Assembly: GCA_951406725.2 (NCBI GenBank)
Contig: OX597821.1
Span: 59,024,001 to 59,088,000 of the forward strand
DNA from: Octopus vulgaris
Taxonomy: Eukaryota
Length of the DNA stretch: 64,000 nucleotides
Reading direction: 5' to 3'
The notes under the pieces: generated by a model
Databases searched by the model: none
The model's input: only the letters and a program-made list of their open reading frames with translations
What the model was told of the DNA's origin: nothing
Part shown: one piece after another, positions 27,820 through 41,212 of the stretch
Numbering within the stretch: the stretch's first letter is position 1
How the letters are laid out: each line of letters begins with the position of its first letter
Position numbers and translations under genes: made by a program

Positions 27820-28840
27820 CAAAACAGGAAAGTGGAAATAATTCAGGGTGATTATTTATTCACCATTACATGTGTTTCATTTGCTAGTAGGAATTACAAA
27901 GTTTTACATGTTAGATAGACATGTAAGGAATTTCCTATTAGAAACTCTTCAGGCAGAGAAATTAAATAGGGATTTACCCTAACTACCTACATAATAAATA
28001 TATATGTATATCATGATAATAGGATGAAGATGACAACAACAAACTTAAACCAGCACATTGTTTAATCATCAAATCGAAGCAAAGTTATTAGAATGAATTT
28101 AGTATACATCTCAGCTTTTGGGGATTTTTCTTTAAAGTGTGTTGTCTAGTGTTGAACAGAAATGTAAAATTTATAATGGAAATGGCTGTGACATTAACGT
28201 TACCTATTGTAATAATAGCTGTCTGTAAACTGCATATAATAAAATAGTATAAGAGAGAGAATTTGGAAAATGGGAGGAAAGAAGAGCCATAAAGAAAGCA
28301 AGTAGATTTACATATATCTACCTATAATGGAAATGTGGGAGATGAATGGCTGCTGGATAATTGCATATAAAATTCAATTATAGATAAGACTAGTCAGAAA
28401 AGAAAAATCAGAATGTAGAAAGGGATAGAAGTATGGAAAGTGTAAGATTATATAAAATTAGAAGTAATTAATCAAGACTGATACCTAACAAAAATGAGAA
28501 ATAATAAATTAAGACTGGTGACTAGTTAAGAATATACTAGCATAATATCTTAGTTAATGGGCTTAAAATGTTTGTGTGTGTTCATGAAAGTTGAAAAATA
28601 TTTTAAATGATTGTTTAGAAGCAAATCTATTGCATGGTAAATTCTGTGGTGCAGGGATTACATGGTTTCTTATAAGGAATTTGATAAAATAACTTCTTTG
28701 TTATCATGCTGGTGTTTGGAACATATATTAACAGGAAATTCTAAATGGAAGATTTTAATTTAGATAAATTTATAATAGGGAATTTGTGTAATAAAACTGG
28801 GGACAGTCTCATACTATCTCCAATAAAATATTCTCATATC
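27818..28840 (-). mobile_element. decayed Penelope-like 3' remnant
   Basis: Abuts (TA)n at 27758-27817 and carries a hammerhead-like motif at its 3' end. Minus-strand YVPNTSMITKKLF (~28690-28725) resembles the Penelope 'PY(V/I)P..S..I.K.L' linker. Confidence 0.45.
27861..27957 (-). ncRNA. hammerhead-ribozyme-like motif with long helix II
   Basis: Minus strand reads CTGAAGA-gtttctaataggaaatt..ttacatgt ctatcta acatgtaa..aattcctactagcaaat-GAAAC-acat-GTA. Helix II is long and helix III contains the palindrome ACATGT. Confidence 0.55.
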
Positions 28841-29274
28841 ATTTACCTTTCTTTCTTTCATCACCCATTTTCTGCTTCAACGCACCCACCCACCCACCCC
28901 AACTGCACTAAGCACCATACCTATTCCCTCATTAACAGAATGTCATCTCTCTGGAATTCCTTATACACACACACACACACACACACATTTTCTTTTTGTC
29001 TTTTTTTCTGCTGTCTGTTCAAAAGGGACGAGTATTTGTGAATGACATGGGCACAGCCCCTTCCTTCAAACCAAACAAATAAAAAGAAAAACAGAAAAGC
29101 AATCTACCTGATGTAACAGTGAATTGATACAGTCATGATAACCGAGGCTGTTAAAGAGTTAACATAGGGGTTGAAATTCCACCTTGTTACCAATGCTTAA
29201 CATTCCACACAACTATTGTCTATATTTGGTCTTCAATATTCGAGAACTATACTCTATTACTACTATCTTAACTA

Positions 29275-29284
29275 TATTATTATC

Positions 29285-29347
<63 letters not shown>

Positions 29348-29355
29348 GTTATTAT
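29275..29355. repeat. (ATT)n microsatellite
   Basis: Directly visible in the sequence. Confidence 0.95.
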
Positions 29356-30039
29356 GAGATTTTCTTCTCTCAATTTTGTTTCCATTTCTTGTCGAGTGTT
29401 TTATATATTTTTTTTTCTTTGGTTGTTTCTGGATTTTATGGCACCTCCTTTTGTGTTTTGTTACATTTTGGAAACACTTTTGCTTTGTTTTTCAGCATTT
29501 ATCCAGTTGAACAAGTCCAAATATTTTCTAAAGTTGAGGAATTATGTTTTGTAAATATTGTGTTACCTCCTTCATTTCTGTTGCTGCTTCGTTGGTCAAT
29601 GTCATTTTTTTTTTCCTTTCTACTTTTTCTTATGTTGTTGTTGTTTCATGGCTGTGGGCATATTCTAGTTTTTGTTTCCAATATTTTAAGAAACTTAAGT
29701 TTGTACAGAATTGCTGAGATAGTAGAGAGTCTGTGTAGATAATTTGACACCACACAGTCTGAATTTAAATCCTGCAGAGTTCAACTTTATCTTTCATTTG
29801 TCTGGGTTTCATAAAATTAGTCCCAGTAATGAAGCGGAACCAATTAATATCTAGTTTGTTGTATAAAATTATAAATCACTGCTTGTTGACTCTCTCTGTT
29901 TCTCCCCTCTTTCTCATTCTGTCTCCTCTCTCTTTCTCTCTAATGACATTTGAGTGGAAAATGTTAAGGAACCATAGAATTTGCCTTTGAATTGAATATG
30001 AACCTTCTGGCAAAGTGACATCTCCTTTGAAAGTATATA

Positions 30040-30077
30040 TCATCACCATCACCATCACCATCACCACCACCACCACC

Positions 30078-30122
<45 letters not shown>

Positions 30123-30128
30123 TTCATC

Positions 30129-30168
<40 letters not shown>

Positions 30169-30173
30169 ACAAC
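30040..30173. repeat. (CAC)n/(CAT)n compound microsatellite at the tail of an RTE-tail-like repeat
   Basis: Directly visible; followed by TTTTCCTTGCTGGCATGGATTGG, a motif seen at many other sites. Confidence 0.9.
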
Positions 30174-32543
30174 AAACCATTCCATTTTCCTTGCTGGCAT
30201 GGATTGGGCAGTTAGACAGAAGCTGGTGAGGCTGAGGGTTACACCTGACACCATTGTCTGTTTTGGCATGGTTTCTACAGCTGGATGCCCCTCCTAATAC
30301 CAGTCAGTTCACAGTGTGTGCTGGGAGTATTTTACATGGTACCAGCACCAGACAGATCAGGCCTTATAAAGGAAGCATATACCATATTTGATGGAATATA
30401 AAACTCACTTTTTTCCCAAAGAATGTCTCAAAAAATTGTCCCAAGTTCTATATATAAGACCTCTCATCAGTTAATTTTGCCCCTGATGCTCATTTTTTCC
30501 TGGATATACACTGCCAAAAATGGGATGTGTCTAATATACTTTTTTATGTCATCAAATACAGTATGCTTTTCTTCTGTTCCTGCAGCAGGTTTTCTAATAT
30601 TCTGATAGATTTTTGTGGCCTTACATTCCCTTATGCCTTACTTAACAGTTGAGTTTCAAATGCATCTGAGTCAGCAGATTAAAATATTGGCTTTGGCAAT
30701 TAAATGCTTATCTTTTACTTGTGTCAATCATTGGACTGTGGCCATGCTGGGGCACTGCCTTGAAGAATTTTTAGTCAAACAAATTAACTCCAGTAGTTTT
30801 TTGGGTTTTTTTAAGTCTGGTGCTTATTGTATCAATCTATTTTATCAAGCTACTAAGTTTGGACATTAACAGACCAGCACTAGTTGTCAAGCAGAGGGCA
30901 GGACAAACACACACACATGCATACACACATGAAGGACTTTTACACAGTTTCCATTTACGAAATTCACTCACAAGGTACAGGTCAACTCAGAGCTTTAGTA
31001 AAGGACACTTGCCCAAGATACTCCAGTAAAGGACACTTGCCCAAAACTGTGGTTGCAAAGCAAGATTCTTAACCACACAGCCATGCCTGCAACTATGTTA
31101 TAAAAGAAAAAGACGCTGAAAAGTCTGAGAGAAATAAACAACTACAGAAAGTTATGAATGTTCTTTTTTACTGTTATTTAGATTTGATCTGCCTTGATTG
31201 AACAGTCTCATGATTAAAGCCAACTCAGCCATGACCATCTGGTCTTGTGTATTTGACTACATTGTATAATGTGTTCTGTTGTGTTGTTTGGTTCCAGTTG
31301 AACTCTGAATGAACAGACCGATGATGAAAGAGATGTGATTACTATTTCTAGTGGGTCGAATGACCACACTAAGGCTCCTTCATTAGATTGTCCTGTTGTA
31401 TAATTATTAGAGGAGTGTATGAATGCAGAAATGAGGGAGAAATGAAGAACTGTAAAAAGGGTTTAGTTAATTTTTCCTATTTCAGATTTGATCAAATGTA
31501 TTAAACATTTGAAGGCACTGGCATAGCTGTATGGTTAAGAAGCTTGCTCCTCAACCATGTGGTTTTGGGTTCAGTCCCACTGTGCAGAATCTTGGGAAAG
31601 TGTCTTCAATTATAACCCAGGTTGATCAATGTCTTGTAAGTGAATTTGATAGATGGAAATTGTGTGGAAGCTTGCTGTGTGTGTGTATGTATTTGTGTAA
31701 ACTCCCAAACCACTTGATAGACGGTGTTGGTTAGCTTATGTTCCCATAGCTTTGTGGTTTGGCAAAAGAAACCGATAGAATATATACCAGACTTTTTAAG
31801 AAAAACCTAAGTACTTGGGTTGACTCGTTCAACTAAAGCCCTTCAAGGTAGTGCACCAGCATGGCCACAGCTGAAACAAGTAAAATGACAAGAGAATCAT
31901 ACGAAAATATGTCAACTGTAGACTTTTAGTATTTTTTATCCAAGATTTACATAAAATGAAATTTACATTTAACTGGGTAACATTTTATAATTCTCCCCCA
32001 GCCGTTTCCTGTGATGAAATAATACTGACTGCAAGCAATATTTCAACAGCTAAGATTTCTGAAAGAGGTCTTCATGTAATAATATTGCGAAAGAGTTTTC
32101 GTGTGGGAGAGGTGGAGAGGGGTGGTGCTAGTTTCACCGAAAGTCCGTCCATGCCCTACTTTGGTTTATTTATCCAGCTTATGGCCCTGTTTGAGACAGT
32201 TAGGTTTGTTTTATCTCTGGTCTGGCTTGGCTTTATCAGTTAGCAATTTGATCAATGAATAGAGAATTGAAGTGGATTTTAAAATTCCTGTATTCTTCAG
32301 GATCTCACCGACCTATCATCTCACTCACTGCCAACAAACAACATTAAAAGCCCAAGTCGACTGTTCTATATTGATCGACATCCACTGCTGTCACCACCAA
32401 CACCGCCCTCACCCTAGTTTCCTCTCTTGGAGTTGGTTGACTTGTTTATCTCTTTCTCTCTTGCCATATTTTTTATCAATCTGTAGTTCACACTTTTGAT
32501 TGTATCTATCAATCTCTCTTTCTCTCTCACTATATATATATAT

Positions 32544-32728
32544 GTTTCAGTCATTTGACTGTGGCCAGTCTGGAGCACCACCTTTAGTCAAGCAAATCAA
32601 CCCCAGGACTTATTCTTTGTAAGCCTAGTACTTATTCTATAGGTCTCTTTTGCCAATTCGCTAAGTTACGGGGATGTAAATACACCAACATCAGTTGTCA
32701 AACAATGGTGAGGGGACAAACACATACG

Positions 32729-32768
<40 letters not shown>

Positions 32769-33009
32769 CACATACAACAGGCTTCTTTCAGTTTCTGTCT
32801 ACCAAGTCCACTCACAAGGCTTTGGTCGGCCCGAGGCTATAGTAGAAGACACTTGTGGGAGTGGCTGTGTGGTAAGTAGCTTGCTTACCAACTACATAGT
32901 TCTGGATTCAGTCTCACTGAGTGACACCTTGGGCAAGTGTCTTCTACTATAGCCTCAGGCCAACCAAAGCCTTGTGAGTGGATTTGGCAGATGGAAACTG
33001 AAAGAAGCT

Positions 33010-33049
<40 letters not shown>

Positions 33050-33265
33050 ATGTATATGTTTGTGTCTGTGTTTGTCCCCCCAACATCGCTTGACAACTGA
33101 TGATGGTGTGTGTGTATGTCCCTCGTAACTTAGCAGTTTGGCAAAACAGACCAATAGAATAAATACTAGGCTTACAAAGAATAAGTCCTGGAGTTGATTT
33201 ACTCGACTGAAGGCGGTGCTCCAGCATGGCCGCAGTCAAATGACTGAGACAAGTAGAAAGAAAAA
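32544..33265. mobile_element. two divergent SINE-A copies forming a long inverted repeat
   Basis: A headless minus copy (32544-32855) abuts a plus copy (32856-33265). The ~310 bp arms are complementary. Confidence 0.85.
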
Positions 33266-33639
33266 AAAAGAATATATATTTGTTGTCATAATAAAAACAA
33301 GTTATCATTAAACGAAAGGATTCTCAGTAGTTTTTGTAGTGTACATATTAAGGCTAAGCAGACCAAAACTTCGAAGTCACTGTCGACATTATTGTTGGTG
33401 AAGAACAGTATATACAGGCCTATATAATGCTTTTGTAACTTTAAATATATTTACTACAGCCAATTCTTTGGATGTCACCCACTCAGTTAATATATGACGC
33501 ATGTATGTGTGTAAATAAAGAGTGTGTGTTGGAGAGAGATTGAGTGGAATTACCATTTGTTTATTACTTCACGTATGATTACGTGTGTGATGTGTGTGTG
33601 TATGTCATGATTTGCTGTTGACTAATTCCACTATGGATG

Positions 33640-34570
33640 CTGGTGTTTGCTACTGCTGTCGCCGTGTCGTTCTGGCGTGGCTGTGGCTGCTGCTGCTGTT
33701 CTTACCATTCCTACTGCTGCTGCTGCTACTACTACTACTACTACAACTACACATGATATGAGAAGCAACCTTGTTAAGAGAGAGAGAGAGAGTATGTTGC
33801 GGTGTTTACTAGCTGCTATGCAGAATGCCAGTTTTCACATCGCTCTCATACCAAAATTCAACAACATCGAACCAGTCTTCTCTCTATAGGCCATTATTAT
33901 TAACTCTACACACAAACCTCACTTCACATTTTCAAGCACCAACGGCTTCCTTTAGGATTCCTCGTGCTTAACTTTTCATAGAGTTTCTAATTTAAACATT
34001 TCTCTCGACTAACCGTGGTGGTTGGAGGTGGCGGAAAGAACGAAACCGAATTCCAACGTACATAACTTGTGTGTATATGTGTTTGCATGCGCGCGCGTGG
34101 TGTGTATGTATGCTTGTATGTGTGTGTGGAGGAGATTAAAAATTCTCGACCGAGGTTACGTCTCTTCAAGAGCCATGTTTAAAAAAAAAAAAAGAAATTC
34201 CATTGACAAGTGAGCTACTGATGCAATGGGCGCACAGTGGACGTGCAAGTTGGTTCTGATCTTTTACAGTTGACAATCTTGACTGCCTGCCTACCATTCC
34301 TCTACTTGCAGGGTTGTTGGGAAACTTGGTCTCTTTCCAATCCCACCACCCATTTATTTTTGTTGTTGTTTCGGTGTTTCCACTAAGTATTGGTCTGGGT
34401 TGACTTGCTTTACTGGTAGAGAGGGAGGGGTTAATGACAGAGAAATAGAAGGAGGTGTGTTAGAAACGAGAGGGAGTGCGCGGAAAGAGTAAGCTTAAAA
34501 ATAAAGAGAAAAAGAGGGTGAAAGAATTTGTGTGCTTGTCTAGAAGAGCGATAATCTCTCTGCGTGGAGC
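33640..34570 (+). promoter_or_regulatory. CpG-retaining unique region, candidate promoter/first exon
   Basis: Visibly more CG dinucleotides than the flanks (e.g. GCGCGCGCG, CTCGACCGAG, GTGCGCGG) and no SINEs. Confidence 0.45.
34175..34209 (+). CDS. candidate first coding exon of the CAP-Gly gene (MFKKKKRNSID + aa)
   Basis: GCCATG context and donor AA|GTGAGC. The phase-2 end fits the phase-2 start of exon 46104, but this has a 1-in-3 chance by luck. Confidence 0.35.
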
Positions 34571-35855
34571 CAGTCAATGTTTATTATAGCTTCTTTTCCT
34601 CCCAAATAAATCCATTTACTCATAACTTCCTAAATAGCTATTGGATATTTTTAAGAATTGAGCACAATCAACATAGGTATTGAGTTTCAGCTGTAAAGAA
34701 ATTAATATAATTCTCACGAACTCTACGTTTCTGTGAAAGCATACACTTTTCCTAACTTTTTAATCAATATGAATTTCATAAATCTTATTTACCAGTCTAT
34801 GTAAGCATCTCGACATAGTAATATAAAATCATAAAATACCACCGTTGGAAGTTTAGCTTGATTTTATTTCTTTATTTTATGTATGTTTCTGTTTGTTTAT
34901 CTTAGCCCTAAAATAGTTGACTCAATAATAGCGATTTAGTTATTTAATCTTTATAACGTAGAAGCTTTTAATATATTCATCGTCATCAGGCATTTTAAGG
35001 AGAAGTGGAATGGAAGTATTTCTCTTCTCTTTTGTGAAAGTGTGGATTGAAAAGTTTTGAAAATACAAACATTTACTCTTTATCGCGTTCTTGGATTATG
35101 AACTAGGTGTTCCCCCATGTTTGGATTCTCTTTCTAATGTTAATTAGTACCCACAGAAGTGTGTTTGTTATTTTCCCCATCTCTTTCCTTCTGGCTATCT
35201 TTGAGAGAAGTAGTTTAAGATATCATGGAAAGCAAGTCGTTCGGTTAACCACAAAGCCATGGTTTTTCTGCATATCTCTTTATCTAACGTCATGATAAAA
35301 TAACATTACAACCACTTGTAGTTGTGTCTCCTCGCGAAAAATTAAGGGTTGTTGTTGTTGTTATTATTTAACCCCAGGTCACCCTTGATTGAACAGGTCT
35401 GTGATCAAAGGAATCCCATCGTTTTATGAATCTCTTTTATTTTTTCCTTGTTTCAGTCAGTGGACAGCGGCCATGCTGGGGCACCGCCTTGACGCGTTTA
35501 GTCGAACAAATCGACCTCATTACTTTTTATTATTATTATTATTTTTAAAGTCTGGTACTTATTCCTTTCATTTGACAATTCCAACTACCGAACTACCAAG
35601 TTAAGTGGACGTAAACAGACCAACACCGATTATCAAGTGGTGGTGGGTGATAAACACTAACACTCACTCATACGCATGGAAATCCATCGTACTTATTCTA
35701 TCAGTTTTTGTTGCCAAACCACTAAGTTAGAAACAAATAAGTAATATTTTGATGTTTTTTGTTGTGGATTGAATAATCTCATTGATCCGCTAATACATCG
35801 TGTTCCCGTAAAGCATGCAATTATTTATTGATATCCTCCATTTTAAAACGGTTTT

Positions 35856-36050
35856 AGGCGAGCTGGCAGAATTGTTAGCACGCCGGACAAAATGTTTAGC
35901 GGCATTTCGTTCGACTTTACGTTCTGAGTTCAAATTCCACCGAGGGCAACTTTGTTTTTCATCCTTTCGGGGTCGACAAAATAAGCACCAGTTTCGCACT
36001 GGCTTCAATGTAATCAATTCTCCCAACATATCAGGCCTATTATTATTATT
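35856..36050 (+). mobile_element. SINE family B, CpG-rich copy
   Basis: AGGCGAGCTGGCAGAATTGTTAGCACGCCGG...GAGTTCAAATTCC...CATCCTTTCGGGGTCGAC, with an (ATT)n tail. Confidence 0.85.
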
Positions 36051-37659
36051 TTAAACTGCTGTCCAGTTTAACATTACCATTGGGACTTTGGCTACTTTAG
36101 CAGAGTTCACTGTTACAAGCATTCACTCACATTTTCTTTACAGATTTTCAGGGTCGGCACAGGATGCATTGATCTCACCATTCTAGTAAAACCTGTAAAG
36201 GACACAAGCACTGTTCCTTTGCCTATGGCTAATATACCATATTTATTCAGTGTGTGATCTTGACATTGCATAATTGTTAGAAATCAGGGTCATTGTTTCC
36301 GATATTCTTTGAAAGCATGTCTGGCAATGGGGAAATATTAACTTGCTTGGAAACTGCTAAGGATTGGCAACAGGAAGGACATCCAGCCATAGAAAATCTG
36401 CCCAGACAAACATGGAAAAATGGATGTTAAGGCGATGATGATGATGATGTCATAAACCTTGCTAGGATTCACAGCTAGATACAATGCACAAAAAATATCT
36501 TGAGATATTTAGTTATAACATTTTTATGTTCTTGGTTCAAATCCTGCCAAGACGGAAAATGACCTTCTTCCTTCCAGAGTTGTTAAAACAAGTTGAGTAT
36601 TAGGATCAATGTAATCAACTGCAATCAATCCTTCAGATTTGATCCCTATATATCAGCATGAATATTAGAAATCAATATTTAGATGGTACACCTGCCTTTG
36701 ACCTTTGATTTCAGTCAGTTCTATATTTTCACCTATTCACATATATTCTACCTACAATATTAAACATACTTCCTCTACTCCCTCACAGTTCAGTACCTTA
36801 TCTACTTGGCTCTGCTGACATTCCTAACTTCTGTTAGGCTGTGGTCTGTTTATAAATTATAAAATTGTTTAGATGATGTATTTATAGAGTAAACTTTGAA
36901 TATAATTGACTGTCAGTCCTAGTTTGGTATTTCTATTCCTGGATTCCTAACTAAACTACTGTTTGACATAGATGCTGGTTGTTATTGAGAATTTTAAGTA
37001 AATTTATATCAATGTTTCCACAAAAATGTTTATTAAATTTCTGTTTTCTTCTTGTTTGTAAATTATTTTACAAACACCTGTCATCGTTTAGATGGTATTA
37101 ATTAGTGTGCTATTTGTTAGGGAGGTGATTTTGTGTTTGCTGATTCCCAATTTGGTGTTTTACTAGAGAAATAATGTCTTCAAAGCATTAAATCATTGCA
37201 AAAGTTTTGAGGGGTTTTTTTCTTGTTTTTTTGTTTTTTTTTAATTTGTGGGTAAGTAGGTAGACGTAACAATTTGATGGAAATGAGAGATAAGGCTCAA
37301 CCAGCCCCTCAAGAGCTGGAATTCAAATCAGATAATTCCACTTGATCCATTGCAAAATGTTCAGCTAATTCATTTGCCATCTGTTGTTGACATGGCTCTA
37401 TTGAATGGTTCTCATGATTTCACCCCCCACTCCCGTCTTCTCCACCTTCACCATCTCCAAAGTTACTTTCGTTTTCAGCCCCTATCTTACTCATATTCGT
37501 GTTTATACAGTAGTAATGGCTTCTAATGATGCCATTTTAATTGTTTATCCACAACAATCTTACACTAATTTGAAGCAATTTCTTTCTTCTTTTTATTAGA
37601 TCATTTTACTTCATTAACAATTACTGACTATCATTAACTCCTTCACCACCACCTTACTA

Positions 37660-37696
<37 letters not shown>

Positions 37697-40600
37697 GCTG
37701 CTTTGTCCTGTTCACTATTCCATTACTACCTCCTTATAATTCCCTGCCAGACACCTACCTTTCTCTCTATATTTCACTATATCTCACTAGTCTTTTACTC
37801 TATGCAATGAAATGAAAAACATAAACCGTTTATAATTTCCAGAATATCATTTTAGCACAGATAAAACATAAGCAGCATCTCTTTTCCATAAACATTCATT
37901 GGTAAGGCTCTTATACTTAATCTCTTCTCTTATTTCATAGACAAATATTTTGAACAACTGGTTCTTCTAATTTCATCCTTTTCTGTTTCCATTCGAGAGG
38001 TGTCTCTATTTTGAAATGAAATTCTTTCTCTTGTAGCATAATCAATAATGCTCAGATTATTCTTCACTTCTTTTCAACTGTTTCTCTATGTTCAGTCACT
38101 TTCTGTCAGTTTAACTGGTGCTTCTCAAAGAAATTGTTGCTCTTTAATTGGAGACAAAATTTATTCTTTTATACAGATATATGGTAAATTCCTGTTTTTA
38201 AAAATAGTTGCAGAAGGAAATATATAAGATTGTGCAAGCTATCTTTTACAGTACAAGCTTTTTATTTATCCCTATAGTGTTGGGGTTTTGATGGAGTTTT
38301 GTTTGTTTTTTTCCTAAAAGTTACCAATAAAAATGTTTGACATCTTGACAAAGCATTTTGGAGTTGATATTGAAATCATTAATGTAATTGGTCATTTTTT
38401 TTTTAAGACTGAAACTAGATCCTTTGATCAAATGACTATTAAAAACAGTCTTATATGAAGTAAACTAAGTTTGCAAAATGGATATATGTCTCAAAACAGC
38501 AGATTTTTCGTAGAATATTCAGAACTGGCTTCACTGAGGATTAATTTGGAATATCAGTGCTCCCAAGGAAAGTACAGGGTAATTCTCTCATAAAATTGTG
38601 CAATTAATTAGATTATTATAACTTGTGAAATTTGAGTCTTGGTAACATTGGGGAATAATTAAATCAACCCAGCACTGAAGGTTCTGACATTAGATGTCAG
38701 CATGGCCTTGCCTCTGCTGCAGTGACCTCAATCTACAACTAAAAACTCATTTGCCTAACAGTCTCCTGGGCATGTGGAAAGGGAGGAGCTATGGAGGCAG
38801 TAGAAAAGGAAAAACTACAACCTTTAGATTGTATGTGATGTGAAATCACTAAAAGTTCATGGACTCACATCATTGCAACATTGCAGTTTATTAAAGAAGC
38901 CAAATTATTTCTCTCATTTTCCACACTATTGAGCTGGCACATCAGCTTTTCTTCCATGTTCTGAGTTCAAATTCCACTGAGGTCGACTTTTCCTTTCATC
39001 CTGTCAGGGTCAATAAATAAGTATCCCCCCCCCCAAAAAAAATTTCAGGCCTTATTCCTATGTAGAAAGAATTATTTATTTATTCATTTATTACAGTTCT
39101 TTCTTTAGTGCCTTCAGTTTATTAAACCAAGGATCAACTGACTCAGTTTGACTCTGTGGTTGGTTATTGCCGATGGCTTATCATGTCAGTTTTCTAAAAA
39201 ATGTGTCTGTTGAAATAAAAGAAAAAAAAAATGTTCCAAAAACCTTTGAGAAGATATCAGTAATCCTGTAGAAAGGTGCAGGAAACTGTGTGTTTGTTAT
39301 CTGATAAACCTGATGACTTGTCTCCTCTGTGCTGTGTGTGGTAATACTAGGGCCTGGCTGGCCTTTGCAGGCTCCATTTGGGCTTATTTGGAATATCTCA
39401 ATACAAACTATATAGTATTTACTATGACTTCACCTGATGCCAGTTGCCTGGCAACACTGAGCAAACTTGTGTCAAAATACAGGTGGCTCCACTTATCTTG
39501 CATCTTGCAACAACAGACTATATGTTTGAAAGCTGTCGAAATTTCTCTCTAAATTGGTTTCTTTTTAAAGAATTCTTTGAAAAGAATTTTTTAATCATAA
39601 TCTCAAAAATTTTACTGACTTCAAAATCTGTGCAAGTCTATAAACAATTCTATTTTCAGTTAGTTCTGCAATTATTAATGTTTAAATCATTTTTACATAT
39701 ATAGATTTTATCACTGCTTCAGTCAGAAGTTCATTTTAACAACTAAATATTCCCAGTTTACTAATATTTATTTAGAGAAATTTTTCTTTTTCATATATCT
39801 TTTTTAATAACATCAAAAATATGAGAGGAAGCTAAATAGAGAAATTAAAGTTGCTCATATGAAGCAATTAATAGCTTTTCTTAGATATAAAACTTTTCCC
39901 TTGAAATAATAGGATTTTTTATTTTGATTTTTAATTCGTAATTTAAATTTATGCAGTTTTAAATAACAGTGTTTCAAGATTAATCCAAGGAATAGAAATT
40001 ATTACCATTTCTGCTTCTTCATTTATTTATTTGTTTTTGTTTATAAGAAGTTTGCTTCATAACTACATGGTTTTGAGTTTAGTCCCACTGGGTGACACTT
40101 TGGGCGTCTTCTGCTATAACCCCGGGCCAACAAAAACTCTCTGGGTGTAAGTGGCAGAGAGAAACAAAAAGAAGCCTGTCTTATATGCTTGCATATATAT
40201 GTTTGTCTCTCCTTGCCTAGACATTACATGATAGTTATAAATGTGTGTCGCCATCATGCAACTTGGTTGTCCTTCATTTCCAATCTTCTTGGAAACAGGT
40301 GAAAGTTGGTGACAGGAAAAGTATCCAGATGATGCTTCTTGTTGGGGTAAATGTCTTCACAGCTCAATGAACATTTTGTCAACTGCTAATCACCTCAATT
40401 AAACAAGCAGCTGTGGTATCTTTTATAAGCCAGGAAAACTCTAAGGTAGAGTTCTTGCGCATATCGCTAGCAACGTTGTTCTTGTAATAATTAATTATAG
40501 AAGGTAGTGATATAAATTAATTAGCAAAAATGGTATAACGATGGACTAAATGCCTATTTGTAGTTAGTTTTATCCATCTACATTCGGAGTTAAAATCTTG

Positions 40601-40752
40601 TCCCTTCTCTCCAAACTGAGACTGTACAATGTTGAAGTAGTAGTTGCTTAGTCAAGATAGAATTAACTAAATTTATACACACCAGCAAATTTACTGGTTA
40701 CTGTTCTTACATACCAAACTATGGTTCTGTTAGGGCAGCAAAGGATGAATTC

Positions 40753-40813
40753 GGTATTCATGGCTGATGATGCGTAACAATGCAAAAACACTGGTGTCCC
40801 ATGACCCAATATC
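40753..40813 (+). ncRNA. type I hammerhead ribozyme fold with one core substitution (GAAA>AAAA)
   Basis: Helix I TCATGG/CCATGA, extended by GGTAT/ATATC across a CCCA bulge; CTGATGA core; helix II TGCGT-aaca-ATGCA; AAAA; helix III ACAC-tg-GTGT; GUC cleavage triplet at 40796-40798. Confidence 0.7.
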
Positions 40814-41212
40814 ATTGTTCATAATGCAGTGTGTTTTCACATGTTGTATATGAGGAGAAATTTCTCCTGAGGCTATTTCCACAGTGAAAGGTCTTCCCAC
40901 ATTCAAGTGTACACAAGGTATTCAACTCATATGTATGTATGTATGTGTGTGTGTGGAAGTAGATGGGTTAGTGGTTAGGATGTTGGACTCATGCTCATAA
41001 GATTGTGGTTTCAATTCCTGGATCAGATGATGCATTGTGTTCTTGGACAAAACTCTTCATTTCTCGTTGCTGGCAAAAGTGAGTAATCCTATGATGGCCC
41101 AGCATCCCACCTAGCAGGAAATATATGCACAACAGAAAACAACAAACCAGACCTATGACTCATAGTATGAATCAGTATGACTCAACAAGGATCTTTATCC
41201 TATATATATATA

